This document shows, piece after piece, positions 9,927 through 19,432 of a stretch of 64,000 bases of DNA (position 1 is its first letter; the number at the start of each line of letters is the position of its first letter). Origin of the DNA: Candidatus Woesearchaeota archaeon (GTDB lineage Archaea > Nanobdellota > Nanobdellia > Woesearchaeales > GW2011-AR9); NCBI GenBank assembly GCA_018302605.1, contig JAGVZN010000010.1, positions 65,013-129,012 on the forward strand, written 5' to 3'. The notes under the pieces are model-generated. The model made no database searches and had not been told where the DNA came from. It saw nothing but the letters and a program-made list of their open reading frames with translations. A program made the position numbers and the translations under genes.

Positions 9927-10391
9927 ATGCGTATCAGTGAAATTGCCGGGGAAATAGCAGGGAATTACCCAAATGTAGCTGCTCTAGAGACGGCTGTTAC
10001 TCAAGCATATCGAGACCATTTTGCTCAATTTGATCCATCGCTTACCCCAAGAATACTACTTGACCGTCTGCAGGAAGGGGGTTATCTTTCCAGTTCGGAT
10101 AATAGTTTAATGGTTTCACCTGACGTCACTCTTCTGCCGCAAGGAAGGACAGATTGGTATGCTGTCCGAGAAGATAAGATTGCGGGTGGGGGACATACTC
10201 GTGTTTGGATTGACAAAGTTGGTTCTCAAGATGATTTGTGCGAATATCTTGAACTTGAGAGAGATCTAAATGGTAACAGTACTTTGGTGGAATTCTTTCA
10301 GGCAGCGAGTGATGCCCAAGTGCAAAAGAGAGCAGCAGTTTATGAAAATTTACATCACGAAGTGATCGTTGCCGACGAGCAGCCTCATTGA
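9927..10391 (+). CDS. hypothetical protein
   Basis: 154-aa ORF with no recognisable motifs. Confidence 0.4.
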   Translation: MRISEIAGEIAGNYPNVAALETAVTQAYRDHFAQFDPSLTPRILLDRLQEGGYLSSSDNSLMVSPDVTLLPQGRTDWYAVREDKIAGGGHTRVWIDKVGSQDDLCEYLELERDLNGNSTLVEFFQAASDAQVQKRAAVYENLHHEVIVADEQPH

Positions 10392-10592
10392 TCTTCTAAT
10401 CAAGTTCCAGATAACCTCACTTAGTCTCAAATTAAAGAAAATCCTGAAGAGCGACTATCCCCAACCCTGAAGGGTGGGGATTTACGCCGCTCTTCCGAGA
10501 CGGATTTTCTAAAATGAAATGTAGCGAAATCAATCGCAGCATTCATCCCCTACTATCAATAGTGGGGATTTCTGCTCATTTCATTTAAACAA

Positions 10593-11678
10593 TCACTTTC
10601 TTAGATTTTCCAGAAATTGTTTCTTTTCGTCTTCAGTCAAACCCCAAGCCGTTTCAATCCCATTCTTAATAACAGTATTGACAAAATCATTTCCATACAA
10701 TTTGCCAACCACATAGAGATTATGGGCAAGATCTCCATTTGACCACATTGCCGGATCGTCTGAACTTATCGTCACTGTGACACTCTGCTGCAATAAGTAG
10801 TCAAGGTGAAGATCGGCAATATCACTAATAAATGAACAGGTCAGGTTTGAGATCGGATTCGATTCCAGCCGTATTTTCCTTTCGCGCATCTTTTCGATCA
10901 ACTGTGGATGTTTCCAGAGGTGGATAGCGTGGCTGATACCGTCTGCGCGGAGATCATCAATGGCCGCGGCAAGATTTCTGACCCCCTCTTCTTCCGGACA
11001 CATCTCATCGGCGTGGACCGTGCGTTTTAACGAAGAATCAAACGTCAGGGCATATGCTTCTTTGAATTTTTCAGGCGGGAAAGGTGGTTCGTAGCAGGCA
11101 AGATCGATACCCACAACACCTCTTTCCGAAAAGTTCAATGCTGCTCTCACCATTTTCTTTGCTTCTTCGGGATCAACTTCACGATTGATGCAGATAATTG
11201 GTCTTACCTTCACTCCCTTCTCCTCCCCGCTTTGGGAAAATCCTTCCAACGCATAACCAATAACCTGATCGATCGACAATCCTTGCTGGGTATGATACCA
11301 CGGTGCGAAGCGTGATTCAGCATAGAGTGTTCCTTGGGATTTCAGATAGGTGCAATGGGCGACGGCCATCGCTTTAATATCCTCTTTTGTCTGCATCGCG
11401 CCGACGGGTATGGAAAAGACAGAGACAATGTCATATTTTGTGAACAGATTCGTTTGGAAAGAACGAAGTTCATCGGCTGATTTTATTTCCCGATCTCCCT
11501 CGACGCTTGTTCCATCGATATATTTTTCCGGAAGAAAGAGTTTTTTTCTGTTGTCCTGATAAAATCTCCAAAGATCGTCTGCAGGGATTGAGCCATCCCA
11601 ATGGATGTGGTTTTGAATGGTTGTGCGTCGGTGCAGGGAATCAAGATATTTCTGATCATCGAATTGAAGATTGTTCAT
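10593..11678 (-). CDS. adenosine/AMP deaminase family metallo-hydrolase
   Basis: HIHWDGS (HxHxDG), TVHADE, ISHAIHL and SSDDP motifs characteristic of the adenosine deaminase family. Confidence 0.75.
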   Translation of the reverse strand: MNNLQFDDQKYLDSLHRRTTIQNHIHWDGSIPADDLWRFYQDNRKKLFLPEKYIDGTSVEGDREIKSADELRSFQTNLFTKYDIVSVFSIPVGAMQTKEDIKAMAVAHCTYLKSQGTLYAESRFAPWYHTQQGLSIDQVIGYALEGFSQSGEEKGVKVRPIICINREVDPEEAKKMVRAALNFSERGVVGIDLACYEPPFPPEKFKEAYALTFDSSLKRTVHADEMCPEEEGVRNLAAAIDDLRADGISHAIHLWKHPQLIEKMRERKIRLESNPISNLTCSFISDIADLHLDYLLQQSVTVTISSDDPAMWSNGDLAHNLYVVGKLYGNDFVNTVIKNGIETAWGLTEDEKKQFLENLRK

Positions 11679-11902
11679 TTTCCAGAAGAAAAGTGAACAT
11701 CCTTTTTTAATTTTTATGAAAGCAACGGCTTAGTGGAAAAAGTCCCCCTGGCCATTGACCGTGGCGAAAACCAGCCGTGTTCATGGCTGCAGAACAGACC
11801 ATTCAATCTTATCATTTTCGCACTTGTTCCTGTCGATCGCTTCTCACGGTCAATCTTTAGGCCAAGCGGACGACTTTTTCTACTAAGCCGAAAGCAACTT
11901 CT

Positions 11903-12901
11903 TCAATCCTTTACTACACTCTTCGCCAAGAATGAGTATTTCTCCTGAGTGTGCGTCGTTAACAGATGATAAGAACTAACAATCTCACCGAACTGTTCTC
12001 TGATCCGTTCGAAAAAAATATGGAATTGCTGTTGGTCTTCGGTCAATAGATAAATAATGTAATTGAATGGCCCCAGCGTTTTTGCAATCCAGATTGTTTC
12101 CGGCGAATGCTTAAGGAATTGCTCTAATTTCAAAGAAAGATCATGATACTGATATGTTTTTAACAGAATGGTGTGCATCTCTAATCCCAAACAAGAATAA
12201 TTTATTGCCGGACGGAAATGCAGGATATGTTGACTCTTGATCAGTTTTTTAAGCCGATAGGCGACCGAATCCCAGGAAAGACCACTTTTTTGTGCCAATT
12301 CGATCGTACTCATCCTCGCGTTTTCAGCAAGGAGCTGGAGGAGCAGGAGATCTTGTTTGTTGGAAGAGTAAATGCTTACGCTTTTCTTTTTAAAGATCTG
12401 TTGTTGAATTGGGAGAGCGGACGATTTGATCGTATCAAGCAGGATCAACATTGCTTCTTGATTAGGCTGGATGTTTGTCAATAAAGATTGAAGTCTTAGA
12501 TTACATTCCTGATCATCTTTTGCCATGATCCCAACCTCTATTGTAAAATTTCCGCGATAGGTGAGGATGCTGTTTACCGCAGCGTTCTCTTTTGCCCGTT
12601 GGAGAACGTCACGTTCCTGCTGCGGCTGTGGAAACGAGAGAAAGAGATGATATTTTTTATAACCAAGCCGAGTAATATCAATCACCGTTCGGTATCCACT
12701 GATCAGACTTTTCTCTTCCAGCTGGCGGATGCGGTATTCGACCGAAGCGCGGGAGAGGCGGACTTTGCGGGCAATATGCGAGAGCGACTGGCGACAGTCT
12801 TCGGCTAAAATCTGGAGAATCTTCTGAGATTTTTGGTCTAATTTTAGATATTTTTGTGGTGAAATCGGTATCATATTCTTGATTATACATATTTTATTCA
12901 T
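11903..12901 (-). CDS. tandem Lrp/AsnC-family transcriptional regulator (two HTH plus RAM-like units)
   Basis: Two AsnC-type HTH segments: QKILQILAEDCRQSLSHIARKVRLSRASVEYRIRQLEEKSLI and LLLLQLLAENARMSTIELAQKSGLSWDSVAYRLKKLI. Confidence 0.7.
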   Translation of the reverse strand: MNKICIIKNMIPISPQKYLKLDQKSQKILQILAEDCRQSLSHIARKVRLSRASVEYRIRQLEEKSLISGYRTVIDITRLGYKKYHLFLSFPQPQQERDVLQRAKENAAVNSILTYRGNFTIEVGIMAKDDQECNLRLQSLLTNIQPNQEAMLILLDTIKSSALPIQQQIFKKKSVSIYSSNKQDLLLLQLLAENARMSTIELAQKSGLSWDSVAYRLKKLIKSQHILHFRPAINYSCLGLEMHTILLKTYQYHDLSLKLEQFLKHSPETIWIAKTLGPFNYIIYLLTEDQQQFHIFFERIREQFGEIVSSYHLLTTHTQEKYSFLAKSVVKD

Positions 12902-12988
12902 AAATTTTACTGTTTTTTCTTAAAAAATGAGGTTCTTATTTTAAATATTCAGGTCAGTTTCTCTACTCTGGGCGGAAAAGCCCGGGGG

Positions 12989-13705
12989 ATGATCATGGTC
13001 TGGAAACTAGGTACATTAGGAATGGATGATGCATACTACGAACGGACACGCCGGGCAGAACAACCAACATACCAATCGCCGCGGCTGGTTGAGGACACGC
13101 CTCCTGTTCCGAAATTACGGCAGCAGGGAATGGTCATCGCCCAGATCGGCCTAGGTGGCGGCGTATCCAGGACGCGTGACCAAGAATGGGTAGAAAATGT
13201 CTACAGCGTCGATCATCAGCTTCTGGGCTATAATGCGGGAAAGATGATCCTTCTGTACTGTCCGGATAACGATCGCGCGTTCGATATGTACATTGGCCTG
13301 CCATTTACCAAAGGAATGACTGAACGGGAAACAGGAAGAACGATGCTGATTGCGGGGAGCAATGCACATCACGGAGAAGTGATGGAAAGACAGTTTGACG
13401 ATGTTTTATGGAGACCAATGGACAAAGATCGTTTGTCGTACGGTAATCTTATCCGCTGGGTGAATGTTGGTGATACCAAAACCGGATTCATCGGATTGGA
13501 TTATAATCCGAAAGCGGCAAAAGACGACGGTGTAGCTTCCGGTATGGATGATATTACTTTTCTTGTAGAACGGCTGATCGAATATGGATTTGATCCAAAG
13601 AAAAGGTTATTTCTTCTCCAGCCGCCTCATATCAAAGAGAGTGAAGCTGGGTGGAAATTTCGTCGGGAAGGAAAAGCAACTTTGGTGGACTATTTAACCT
13701 GCTAA
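12989..13705 (+). CDS. hypothetical protein
   Basis: 238-aa ORF with no family recognised. Confidence 0.45.
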   Translation: MIMVWKLGTLGMDDAYYERTRRAEQPTYQSPRLVEDTPPVPKLRQQGMVIAQIGLGGGVSRTRDQEWVENVYSVDHQLLGYNAGKMILLYCPDNDRAFDMYIGLPFTKGMTERETGRTMLIAGSNAHHGEVMERQFDDVLWRPMDKDRLSYGNLIRWVNVGDTKTGFIGLDYNPKAAKDDGVASGMDDITFLVERLIEYGFDPKKRLFLLQPPHIKESEAGWKFRREGKATLVDYLTC

Positions 13706-13767
13706 AACTTACTGATTTACCCAAAGCCGGAACTTCACCAAAATCTTTATAAATAAACCCCCCTCTG

Positions 13768-13882
13768 AAGCTTACGGACGGCCATAGGGGCGCTTGTTAC
13801 CCGTTCCCATTTCGAACACGGAAGTCAAGGGCGTCTCCGTATCGGATTGTACTGCATTCCGCGGGAACTCCGGTAAGCTGTC
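13768..13882 (+). rRNA. rrn5: 5S ribosomal RNA (stand-alone)
   Basis: Contains CCCGTTCCCATTTCGAACACGGAAGTCAAGG (the universally conserved 5S loop/helix segment). Helix I pairs AGCTTAC (13769-13775) with GTAAGCT (13873-13879). Confidence 0.65.
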
Positions 13883-13980
13883 CACCTTTCTTTTTCTCTT
13901 TCTTCCTTTTTTTCTCTTTCTCGCGATTAAGCGAATGGAATGAGCGCATATCGCTTCGCTTTTCAAATGGTGTGACATTT

Positions 13981-14008
13981 GCGCAGGAACTCCGGTAAGC
14001 TGTCCACC
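13981..14008 (+). repeat. duplicated copy of the 5S rRNA 3' terminal segment
   Basis: GCGCAGGAACTCCGGTAAGCTGTCCACC repeats the 13861-13886 sequence ~120 nt downstream. Both copies are followed by pyrimidine-rich TTTCTTTTTCTCTTTC tracts. Confidence 0.5.
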
Positions 14009-14060
14009 TTCTTTTCTCTTTCTCCATACTTTTATATAATCTCCAGAATTAAAAGTCTGC

Positions 14061-14960
14061 ATGAATTGGCTTCTCATCGCGTTTGCCGCACCCGCCGTAT
14101 TCGCGTTGGCTAATATCCTTGATAATTATTTCTCCAACAAGATCTTCAAAAGCATCCCCGCGTTAGTCTTTTATGCATCATTATCTAATCTTCTGTTCTT
14201 ACCACTCTTCCTGGTGATCGAACCGCCGGAATGGCCGACGCTCTCCATTCTGCCGGCACTATTGTTTCTCGGGCTGGCAAATTTGCTGTACCTTTTTCCT
14301 TACTACCAGGCATTGCGCCGAGATGATACCAGTATCGTCATCTCTCTCTTTTCGCTGGGGAAGATTTTTGTTCCGGTTCTCGCCTTCTTTATCGTCGATG
14401 AACGCCTCAGCCTGGGGCAGTACAGCGGCATTGCGATCATTATTTTTGCTTCCACCCTGCTGACGCTCAACGGCACAAACGGCGCGGGCAAACTGCGTTT
14501 TAATCAATCTCTGGGATATATGGCGTTAAGCGCGTTCATCGTTGCGTTGGAAACGGTCTTCTTCAAGTACGTGTTTGAAGAAGTGGGCTGGAGTACAGGT
14601 TACTTCTGGGCGCTGATTTTTTCGATCTTGTTTGCTTTCTTTTTTTTCCTGATTCCCGCTTGGAAGAACCAATTGGTCGCTGAATTTTCATCTTTTCGTA
14701 GGAATTTCCATTGGTTTGTCTTAGAAGAATTTTTTACATTTGCCGGGCAAGGCCTGATGACCTTTGCGATTTCGTTAGTGGCCGTTTCGCTGGTGGAAGG
14801 AATTGTCGCTCTTCAACCATTGTTTGTCATAGTCTATGCCCTGATCTTGAGTAAACTGCTTCCGCAGTTATTCAGAGAGAAGATATCAACAGTAGCATTG
14901 TTCAAGAAAGCGATCTTGTTTTTGGTGATGGTGTTAGGTGTTGTTTTACTTTTGTACTGA
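14061..14960 (+). CDS. multi-TM membrane protein, DMT/EamA-like transporter
   Basis: 299 aa with ~10 hydrophobic segments in two halves. Family assignment is tentative. Confidence 0.5.
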   Translation: MNWLLIAFAAPAVFALANILDNYFSNKIFKSIPALVFYASLSNLLFLPLFLVIEPPEWPTLSILPALLFLGLANLLYLFPYYQALRRDDTSIVISLFSLGKIFVPVLAFFIVDERLSLGQYSGIAIIIFASTLLTLNGTNGAGKLRFNQSLGYMALSAFIVALETVFFKYVFEEVGWSTGYFWALIFSILFAFFFFLIPAWKNQLVAEFSSFRRNFHWFVLEEFFTFAGQGLMTFAISLVAVSLVEGIVALQPLFVIVYALILSKLLPQLFREKISTVALFKKAILFLVMVLGVVLLLY

Positions 14961-15016
14961 AGTTCTCCCAGAAGTGCAGGATAAACAAATACAATATTCA
15001 CGATATCTGTTTTTCT

Positions 15017-15063
15017 GTATTTGTTTAGCTTTTCCGGCAGGCCGTGAGTGAGAGCGGAAAAAC
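15017..15063 (+). repeat. conserved ~47-nt intergenic motif (GTATTTGTTTAGCTTTTCYGGC...GGAAA), copy 1
   Basis: TGTATTTGTTTAGCTTTTCCGGCAGGCCGTGAGTGAGAGCGGAAAAAC. Contains the hairpin TTTTCCG...CGGAAAA. Related copies at 25041, 42138, 60525 and a partial copy at 31264. Confidence 0.6.
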
Positions 15064-15308
15064 AGCAAGTTCCTCACTTCAGAACAAGTCGGGGAACGAA
15101 CATTTTCCGCACATTAATCTTTGATGAGAAGTTTGAATAATTCAATTATTGATTTACAAACTTTTCAAGAGGAGGTGAAATAGTCGTAATTTTGGCTTGA
15201 ACCAAACGACTTATTTGCCAAAATTACTCTTTTTCAAACTCCTCTGATGTAAAGCTCTTATCTCACTCACTATTTAGCCCAGCCGCCAGCTAAAAAAATA
15301 CGTTTTTC

Positions 15309-15572
15309 TTACGGATATGCGCGCACGAACTCATCCAATCGCTTGCAACGATCAACATGAACTTTTCCATCCTCAATAAAACCAACATTATTCTCGGGGT
15401 TGCAGTCAAGAATATCCCTCCCCTCGGCAATGAGAGTCCTCCCTGGTGAACCTGTCGAGCTGTACGCGATAAAACCGTTTTCTTGGAGATAGTGTTTGAA
15501 TGCTGGTAATTCCAAAATTTCTTTACCTGTGCCGGGTGTTCCAAAAAAATATACTGTTCCAATCTGTTCCAT
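15309..15572 (-). CDS. hypothetical small P-loop protein
   Basis: 87 aa with Walker-A-like FFGTPGTGKE. Short, with overlapping alternative frames, so possibly a gene remnant. Confidence 0.25.
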   Translation of the reverse strand: MEQIGTVYFFGTPGTGKEILELPAFKHYLQENGFIAYSSTGSPGRTLIAEGRDILDCNPENNVGFIEDGKVHVDRCKRLDEFVRAYP

Positions 15573-15733
15573 TCGTCAGCGTGGATATTCATTCTTTAAT
15601 AATGATTTCTCTACTTTAGACTATACTTTACTGCTACTCTGGCGGGGTATTGAGTGCTTGTCTTCACTTTATCTTCCCCTTATCCTCTCTACTATCCAAA
15701 ATTATTTAAAGCCTCTCCACCCCAAGAAATCTG

Positions 15734-16828
15734 ATGCATATCCACGATCAGATTCTGGAATTCCTGAAGGTCACCGGGCCGACGATTCCCACAAAAGTGG
15801 CTAAGATCATCCAGACTGATATTATCATTGCCTCTGCTCATCTCTCTGATCTGGCATCCCAAAGAAAAGTACGCATCTCCAGCCTTAAATTTGGAGGAAG
15901 CCCTCTCTATTACCTGCCCGGGCAGGAAGAACAGTTGTATGCTTTTGCAGCGGGCAATCTCAATGCAAAAGATATGGTTGTCCTGGAGAATCTTAACGCA
16001 AAAGGCGTCTTGCGGGAGGCGGATCTGGATCTCCTGTCTAAAGTAGCTCTTCGCGCATTGAAAGATTTTGCGGTTCCGCTTCAGGTGCGCACGTCTGATA
16101 ATTCTGAGCTTTTTTGGAAATGGCATTTGCTTACTGATGAAGCGACGAATCAGCTCGTGCGCAATGCCCTTTATCCACCGCAGGCAGAAGAGCCGGTTCC
16201 CATATTGCTTCCTGAAGTGAAAGATGTAGTTCTGACAGAACCGGTCCCGCTGAAAGTACACGCTCCGGAACCGTCGGCTCCCTTTTCTTCCGTGGAAAAA
16301 GATCGGTCTGATCCCGCAGAATCAAGGATTGAATCGCCGGTTTCTTCGGTTTCCATGCTGTCGGAGACTGTTCTTCCGTCCTCACAGAAAAACAGCTCTC
16401 CTCGTAAACGCTCTTCGGCGAAAGATAAAGCGCAGACCATTCTCGCGGAAAATGAGATACCGATTCCTAAGCTGTCGGCGGCAAAAGTCGCGGGTCCGCG
16501 TCCTGTAAAAACGGATTTGCTCCTGCCGTTATTGGAGCGCTATTTTCGCGAGTTGAACATTACGATCCAAGAACAGGAGATCGTCCGCAAAAATGCGGAA
16601 ATCAATCTCTCCATCAAAGTTCCGACCGTTGTCGGCAAAATGACCTATTTCTGCAAAGCGAAGAAGAAAGCGCGCTGTGATGAAAAAGACCTTTCGGCAG
16701 CCTATTTGGAGGCACAGATAAAAAAATTGCCGTTGTTATTTCTCTATTCACAAGATCTGACCAAAAAAGCGCATGAGATGATTGCTACCGGCGCTTTTGA
16801 GAATGTCATCGTCAAGAAAGTGGAGTAA
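15734..16828 (+). CDS. hypothetical protein with winged-helix-like N-terminal region and Ser/Pro-rich linker
   Basis: 364-aa ORF sitting immediately upstream of FEN-1. No confident family. Confidence 0.45.
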   Translation: MHIHDQILEFLKVTGPTIPTKVAKIIQTDIIIASAHLSDLASQRKVRISSLKFGGSPLYYLPGQEEQLYAFAAGNLNAKDMVVLENLNAKGVLREADLDLLSKVALRALKDFAVPLQVRTSDNSELFWKWHLLTDEATNQLVRNALYPPQAEEPVPILLPEVKDVVLTEPVPLKVHAPEPSAPFSSVEKDRSDPAESRIESPVSSVSMLSETVLPSSQKNSSPRKRSSAKDKAQTILAENEIPIPKLSAAKVAGPRPVKTDLLLPLLERYFRELNITIQEQEIVRKNAEINLSIKVPTVVGKMTYFCKAKKKARCDEKDLSAAYLEAQIKKLPLLFLYSQDLTKKAHEMIATGAFENVIVKKVE

Positions 16829-16829
16829 T

Positions 16830-17867
16830 ATGGGCCTAAAATTTAAAGAAATAGTGGTCAAGAAAGAAATTTCCATCACCGAACTGAGGGATAAGATTCT
16901 CGTTGTCGATTCGATGAACCTTCTTTATCAGTTTCTGACAACCATTCGCAGTCCGGACGGTTCAGTGCTGACGGACAAGAAAGGAAGAGTAACTTCTCAC
17001 CTGATCGGTCTCTTTAGCCGCACTACGGCGTTGATTGAGCAGGGTTTGAAATTAGCTTTCGTCTTCGATGGAAAGCCGCCGGCAATCAAGCAAAAGACGT
17101 GGGAGAAGCGCAAAGAGGTCAAGACGGAGGCGGTGTTGAAATTCAGAGCGGCCGAAGAAAGTGGTGACCTCGGCGGCATGAAGAAATTCGCCGCACGTAC
17201 GGCTGTTCTCACCCGGGAAATGGTCAAAGATGCACAGGAGATATTGCACGCTTTGGGCTTGCCAGTCATCCAGGCTCCCTCCGAAGGCGAAGCCCAGACT
17301 GCGTATATGGTTAAAGTGGGGAAAGCCTACGCTTCCATTTCTCAGGATTATGATAACCTCATCTTCGGCTGTCCGCGCTTGATCCGCAATCTTTCTTTAG
17401 AAGGAAAGCGCAAAAAGCCCGGTGCGTTGGCCTATGAGAAGATCAAACCCGAGGTCATTCTCTTGGCGGATGTCCTTCATGAATTAAAATTGACCGAGGA
17501 TCAATTGATTGTTCTGGCAATTATCGTCGGCACGGACTACAATCCCGGCGGGGTGAAAGGCATCGGCCCTAAAACCGGCTTGAAGCTCGTCCGCGAATAC
17601 GGCAGTGATTTTCCCGGCCTCTTTGCCCGGGTAGAATGGGCAACGCATTATCCGGACCTGCCTTGGAAAGAAGTCTTTGACACGATTAAAGATATTCCGG
17701 TCACAGACGATTACACGTTGGAATGGAAGAAGATTGATGAGAAAAAATTGTTACATCTGTTGGTTGAAGAACACGGCTTTGGTGAAGAGCGGGTGCGGCA
17801 GAAGTTAGCGAAGCTGAAAGAAGCGCAGAAAGAGATAGGGCAGAAGGGGTTGAGTGGATTTTGGTGA
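16830..17867 (+). CDS. fen: flap endonuclease 1
   Basis: MGLKFKEI...VVDSMNLLYQFL...KLAFVFDGKPP...VIQAPSEGEAQTAYM XPG-N/XPG-I motifs. Start chosen at the ATG at 16830 rather than the track's 16782. Confidence 0.9.
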   Translation: MGLKFKEIVVKKEISITELRDKILVVDSMNLLYQFLTTIRSPDGSVLTDKKGRVTSHLIGLFSRTTALIEQGLKLAFVFDGKPPAIKQKTWEKRKEVKTEAVLKFRAAEESGDLGGMKKFAARTAVLTREMVKDAQEILHALGLPVIQAPSEGEAQTAYMVKVGKAYASISQDYDNLIFGCPRLIRNLSLEGKRKKPGALAYEKIKPEVILLADVLHELKLTEDQLIVLAIIVGTDYNPGGVKGIGPKTGLKLVREYGSDFPGLFARVEWATHYPDLPWKEVFDTIKDIPVTDDYTLEWKKIDEKKLLHLLVEEHGFGEERVRQKLAKLKEAQKEIGQKGLSGFW

Positions 17868-17873
17868 ATAATT

Positions 17874-18191
17874 GTGGGTAATCCGTTCTTGTTGCAGGCT
17901 TGTTTAAGATTGAATAATGATGAAATTCCTCATCCTCTTATTTTAGGGAAAGAATACATTTTCTCAAAAGAAGGTCATAGATTATATCCATTAAATGTTC
18001 CCATGGATTTGAGAAGTAATGATTGGAGTTTTTTCGGAAGAATTATTATTACTGAGTTCAGAGTTGGAAGAAATAAAACAGAAAGAAAATTTATCCTAGT
18101 CAAAGAATTCTCCCAAGATGAAAAAGAGATTATCACCAAAGCTTATGTTTCTGACGAAGAGGTAGCAAAAGTTCTCAGAGATTATCGATGA
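17874..18191 (+). CDS. hypothetical protein
   Basis: 105-aa ORF (GTG start) with no motifs. Confidence 0.3.
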   Translation: MGNPFLLQACLRLNNDEIPHPLILGKEYIFSKEGHRLYPLNVPMDLRSNDWSFFGRIIITEFRVGRNKTERKFILVKEFSQDEKEIITKAYVSDEEVAKVLRDYR

Positions 18192-18308
18192 TTTGGTGAG
18201 GCTCTTGTTTAGAGTACGGCACAGTTCACTCACTTTTTGGATCGTACCTAGAGTGCGGAATATTTATAAAGAAGCCTAACATTTGATAATAAAACATAAT
18301 GCCAAACC

Positions 18309-18554
18309 ATGGTACAAGCAATTATTAATTTAGGGGACAACGAAGATCGATTGTTAACGATCATTAAAGGAAAGTTCGGACTAAAAAATAAATCTGAAGC
18401 TGTCAACTTTGTGATTCACCAGTATGAAGAGGAATTACTAGAACCCCATCTTCGTCCGGAATATGTTGCCAAAATAAAGAATATTGGGACAAAAGGAAAG
18501 TTCAACCATTACAAATCTCTTGCTGCCCTGCGAAAAAAGGTTGAGCATGCGTGA
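18309..18554 (+). CDS. putative antitoxin of a RelE/ParE-type toxin-antitoxin pair
   Basis: 81-aa ORF whose stop overlaps the downstream toxin start (ATGCGTGA), the typical toxin-antitoxin coupling. Confidence 0.45.
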   Translation: MVQAIINLGDNEDRLLTIIKGKFGLKNKSEAVNFVIHQYEEELLEPHLRPEYVAKIKNIGTKGKFNHYKSLAALRKKVEHA

Positions 18555-18816
18555 TTTTTCTGTTGAAGATAAGTTAGAAAAGAAACTGGGCAAGATTTTT
18601 AGAAAAGATCGTGTTCTTTACGAAGCCGTAATGAAAAAGATCGAAGAAATTCTCTCTTGTCCCGATGTTCATCATTATAAGAATTTACATAGTCCTCTCC
18701 AAAAATACCAGCGAGTACATGTCAAATCTTCATTCGTCCTGTTATTTGAATATCTTGAAACAGAAGATCTGGTTATTTTCTATGATCTGGACCATCATGA
18801 TTTCATTTATCAATAG
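18547..18816 (+). CDS. RelE/ParE-family toxin
   Basis: 89 aa from the ATG at 18547. KNLHSPLQKYQRVHVKSSFVLLFEY...LVIFYDLDHHDFIY matches the RelE/ParE fold signature. Confidence 0.55.
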   Translation: MRDFSVEDKLEKKLGKIFRKDRVLYEAVMKKIEEILSCPDVHHYKNLHSPLQKYQRVHVKSSFVLLFEYLETEDLVIFYDLDHHDFIYQ

Positions 18817-18856
18817 AAGATCACTTTAGATAAATCTTATAAAGAATCCCCCTTAA

Positions 18857-19363
18857 ATGAACCCGATGAGTTTTTATGTCATCATTCGCGGCCCTTTAGG
18901 ATGTGGAAAATCTACTCTCTCCGAGAAAGTAGCTGAAGCTATCAACGCGGAATATGTTGCGATGGATAGAATTGTTGATGATCCCCAATTAATAACACCG
19001 GAAAAAGAGCAGGGATACATTTCCCAGAAAACGTTTATAGAAGCCAATGAAATTGCTGTTGGGAGAGTGGCAAAACTATTGGAAAAAGGTACTCCTGTCG
19101 TTTTTGATGGAAATTTTTATTGGAGATCGCAGATTGAAGATTTAATCTCTAGATTGGATTTCCCTCACTACGTTTTTACACTCAAAGCCCCAATGGAAGT
19201 TTGTATCCAGAGAGATGCTCACCGAAATAAAACACATGGAGAAACGGCTGCTCTGGTTGTTTATCAGAAATCAACCGAATTTGATTATGGAACATTAATA
19301 GATGTAACTAAACCTCTCCAAAATTGTTTAGATGAGATCATCTCTGATCTCCCAAAACTCTAG
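18857..19363 (+). CDS. P-loop kinase of the KTI12/PSTK-like (AAA_33-like) family
   Basis: Walker A IIRGPLGCGKST. VVFDGNFYWRSQIEDL resembles the DDTNYY...R segment of PSTK/KTI12. It is short (168 aa) and lacks a C-terminal tRNA-binding domain. Confidence 0.5.
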   Translation: MNPMSFYVIIRGPLGCGKSTLSEKVAEAINAEYVAMDRIVDDPQLITPEKEQGYISQKTFIEANEIAVGRVAKLLEKGTPVVFDGNFYWRSQIEDLISRLDFPHYVFTLKAPMEVCIQRDAHRNKTHGETAALVVYQKSTEFDYGTLIDVTKPLQNCLDEIISDLPKL

Positions 19364-19432
19364 ATTTCCATCTCAAATCATCTCTAACCCTTTTCCAATA
19401 CATTTATATCCCTCTTCTTCTTTACTTATCCC

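Noticed and set aside
13772-14077. Minus-strand ORFs 13772-14077 and 13797-14027
   Set aside because: They lie over the 5S rRNA gene and its pyrimidine-rich downstream tracts. Lys/Arg-rich translations arise from antisense of T/C runs.
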